From Octopus sinensis (Eukaryota): a stretch of 64,000 nt of DNA. Below the pieces are notes generated by a model. It was not told the DNA's origin, made no database searches, and was given only the letters and a program-made list of their open reading frames with translations. Position 1 is the stretch's first letter. Each line of letters starts with the position of its first letter. Positions 62,216 through 64,000 of this stretch are shown here, piece by piece. The translations under genes were made by a program, and so were the position numbers. The stretch lies in contig NC_043002.1 of the NCBI RefSeq assembly GCF_006345805.1, positions 89,590,001-89,654,000 of the forward strand, written 5' to 3'.

Positions 62216-63202
62216 TAAGAGATAAAAACTAATATTTCATGTAGTGTGTGGCTTCATCAAATTCCATTGATTACTTAAAACTACAGAAGTACTTTTAGCT
62301 TAAAGCTACATATGATATTTCTTTAGACGTTACCCAAACAACTTTTATCTGACCAATAATTAACATTTCTTCCGATTTTCTTGATGCGTGTAAGGCGACG
62401 GCGACGACGACGACTCTTTCGCCATCGGCCACAAAGATTGCAAAGAAACAATTAGGACAATAAATACAAAGACGCAGGGCGGTGAGGATTTACATAAACA
62501 CGTGTGAACAATCGAAAAATCAATAATTAACAAGAATGCTGTAAAGCCCAAATCGTCCCAATACGGCGAAGTACCGCCCAGGGGTAACTAAGAAGCATCA
62601 CAGATCCTTGATCACTTCTATCACCAAAGGCACTACTGGGAAGTATCCCATCTGTTCTCTTTATTCTATAGACGCTAGCTTAAAACTGGCTCCCTCGTTT
62701 AGGTTCTCTTTTCTCTATGTACCTCTATATTGGGTTTGGGCTAAGAGTGTTCACTCGGGATGAAGTTGTAATTTAGGCCCTTACCTTTAATGTGATACTA
62801 AAAACCGAGAACTTTTGCTTCAGTTTGAAATGACTGGTTGCCGGGGCATACCCACAACAATCTTTGATGGCTCAAGTATGCAAATGTATGATAAATATGC
62901 TATTATGCTCAGCTTCTTATAAAAATTAATTGTATTTTGCTATTTTCAGTAAATTTACTGTTTCATGTTTATTCAAAAAGATCATTATCTTCTGGATCGA
63001 TGAATTAAATTCATTTTTAATATTTTAATTGCAATTCCTGTAATTAATTTTTGTAAATCTAGATATCCCGTTTCCAGGTTACTTGAATGTAGTATAGCAT
63101 TTTGAAAAGAGTCTATGATTTCTGCTAAGCTGCGATACAGAAGCGAAAGATCCACAGGCTCAACCTTGATTTAAGAAAAGAGATACCAACGTGTGACACT
63201 AA

Positions 63203-63330
63203 CGGTGGCGTAACTAGAGTGTGTCACTCGGGGCAGCCATCGAGCGCCTCTTCCGGGCCCCAAGCCTATACAGGCTTATATCGTAGATCCAAAAGTGCCG
63301 ACCCCATTGCCCCTCCTAGCTACATTCCTG
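63203..63330. mobile_element. Small hAT-type MITE
   Basis: TIRs CGGTGGCGTAACTAG / CTAGCTACATTCCTG; degenerate 8-bp TSD GACACTAA / GGTACTAA. Confidence 0.55.
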
Positions 63331-63464
63331 GGTACTAATAGTCAGCAAAAGCTTTAAAATCTGCATTATTTTTATCCAGTTATGTACATACATACATACA
63401 TACATACATACATACATACACACATACATACATACATACATACATACATACATACATACATACA

Positions 63465-63497
<33 letters not shown>

Positions 63498-63502
63498 GTA
63501 TG

Positions 63503-63559
<57 letters not shown>

Positions 63560-63568
63560 ATATATATA

Positions 63569-64000
63569 CTAGTAGTATAGCCCGGCGTTGCTCGGGTTTG
63601 CTTTTTAGTAGCGTTTAGGCAGCGTTTCTACTCAGACGTAGTTCACGCTGAGCATCGTTCTCAGCAGCTCTTGCAGCTCGTGTGCAGCTGCAGCCTTTCA
63701 GTCTAAACGAAGTCTACGCTGATTATTTTTGTCTGCAGCTTGTACATCTGCATTACTCGTTGCATTTCCTTCGTTCTGATGTCAAACGTTTTCCTTATTC
63801 AGCGCAGCCTGTGGGAATGTAATTACTGAGGCATTACTGCTGCCTTGAATCGAAGTCTCGTCATCATTCTCAGTTGAATGAGAAGATGCAATGGGAACAG
63901 AATCTCCCTCCCGTCGATTCAAGCAATGCTCATTTGTGGACATAACAGCCGCATCAATCGAACTCCCCGCAATTTGAGACTCTCTACCACCCAAAAACGG
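63569..64000 (-). mobile_element. Helitron 3' end carrying a coding-like segment; runs off the window
   Basis: rc ends CCCGAGCAACGCCGGG..CTAG|T next to (TA)n; upstream reads ORF 63782..63994 then RAARAAENDAQRELRLSRNAA. Confidence 0.7.

Overview
AT-rich eukaryotic genomic DNA, almost entirely interspersed repeats and microsatellites. The SINE/LINE repertoire looks like octopus (my recognition, not a database result). I found no host protein-coding gene I can support. The core is two near-full-length CR1-group LINEs. LINE-A (33061-36596, minus, two frameshifts) lies inside a ~1.3 kb (TA)n tract. LINE-B (~39931-45450, plus, one frameshift) is nested in the pol of a decayed Gypsy element; it has a tandem-repeat 5' region and an ORF1 with a Myb/SANT-like N-terminus plus a CCCH finger. 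The rest comprises several tRNA-derived SINE families, RTE, R4/Dong-like and Penelope fragments, three mariner relics, a Buster/Charlie-type hAT relic and non-autonomous Helitrons. The best leads are: the LINE-B ORF1 and 5' array; a 3' tail shared between LINE-B and an abundant SINE family, with a covarying hairpin; minimal hammerhead ribozyme motifs, including one in a tRNA-headed element; and a 550-bp non-coding element found repeatedly in (TAA)n. Coordinates of degenerate repeats are approximate.
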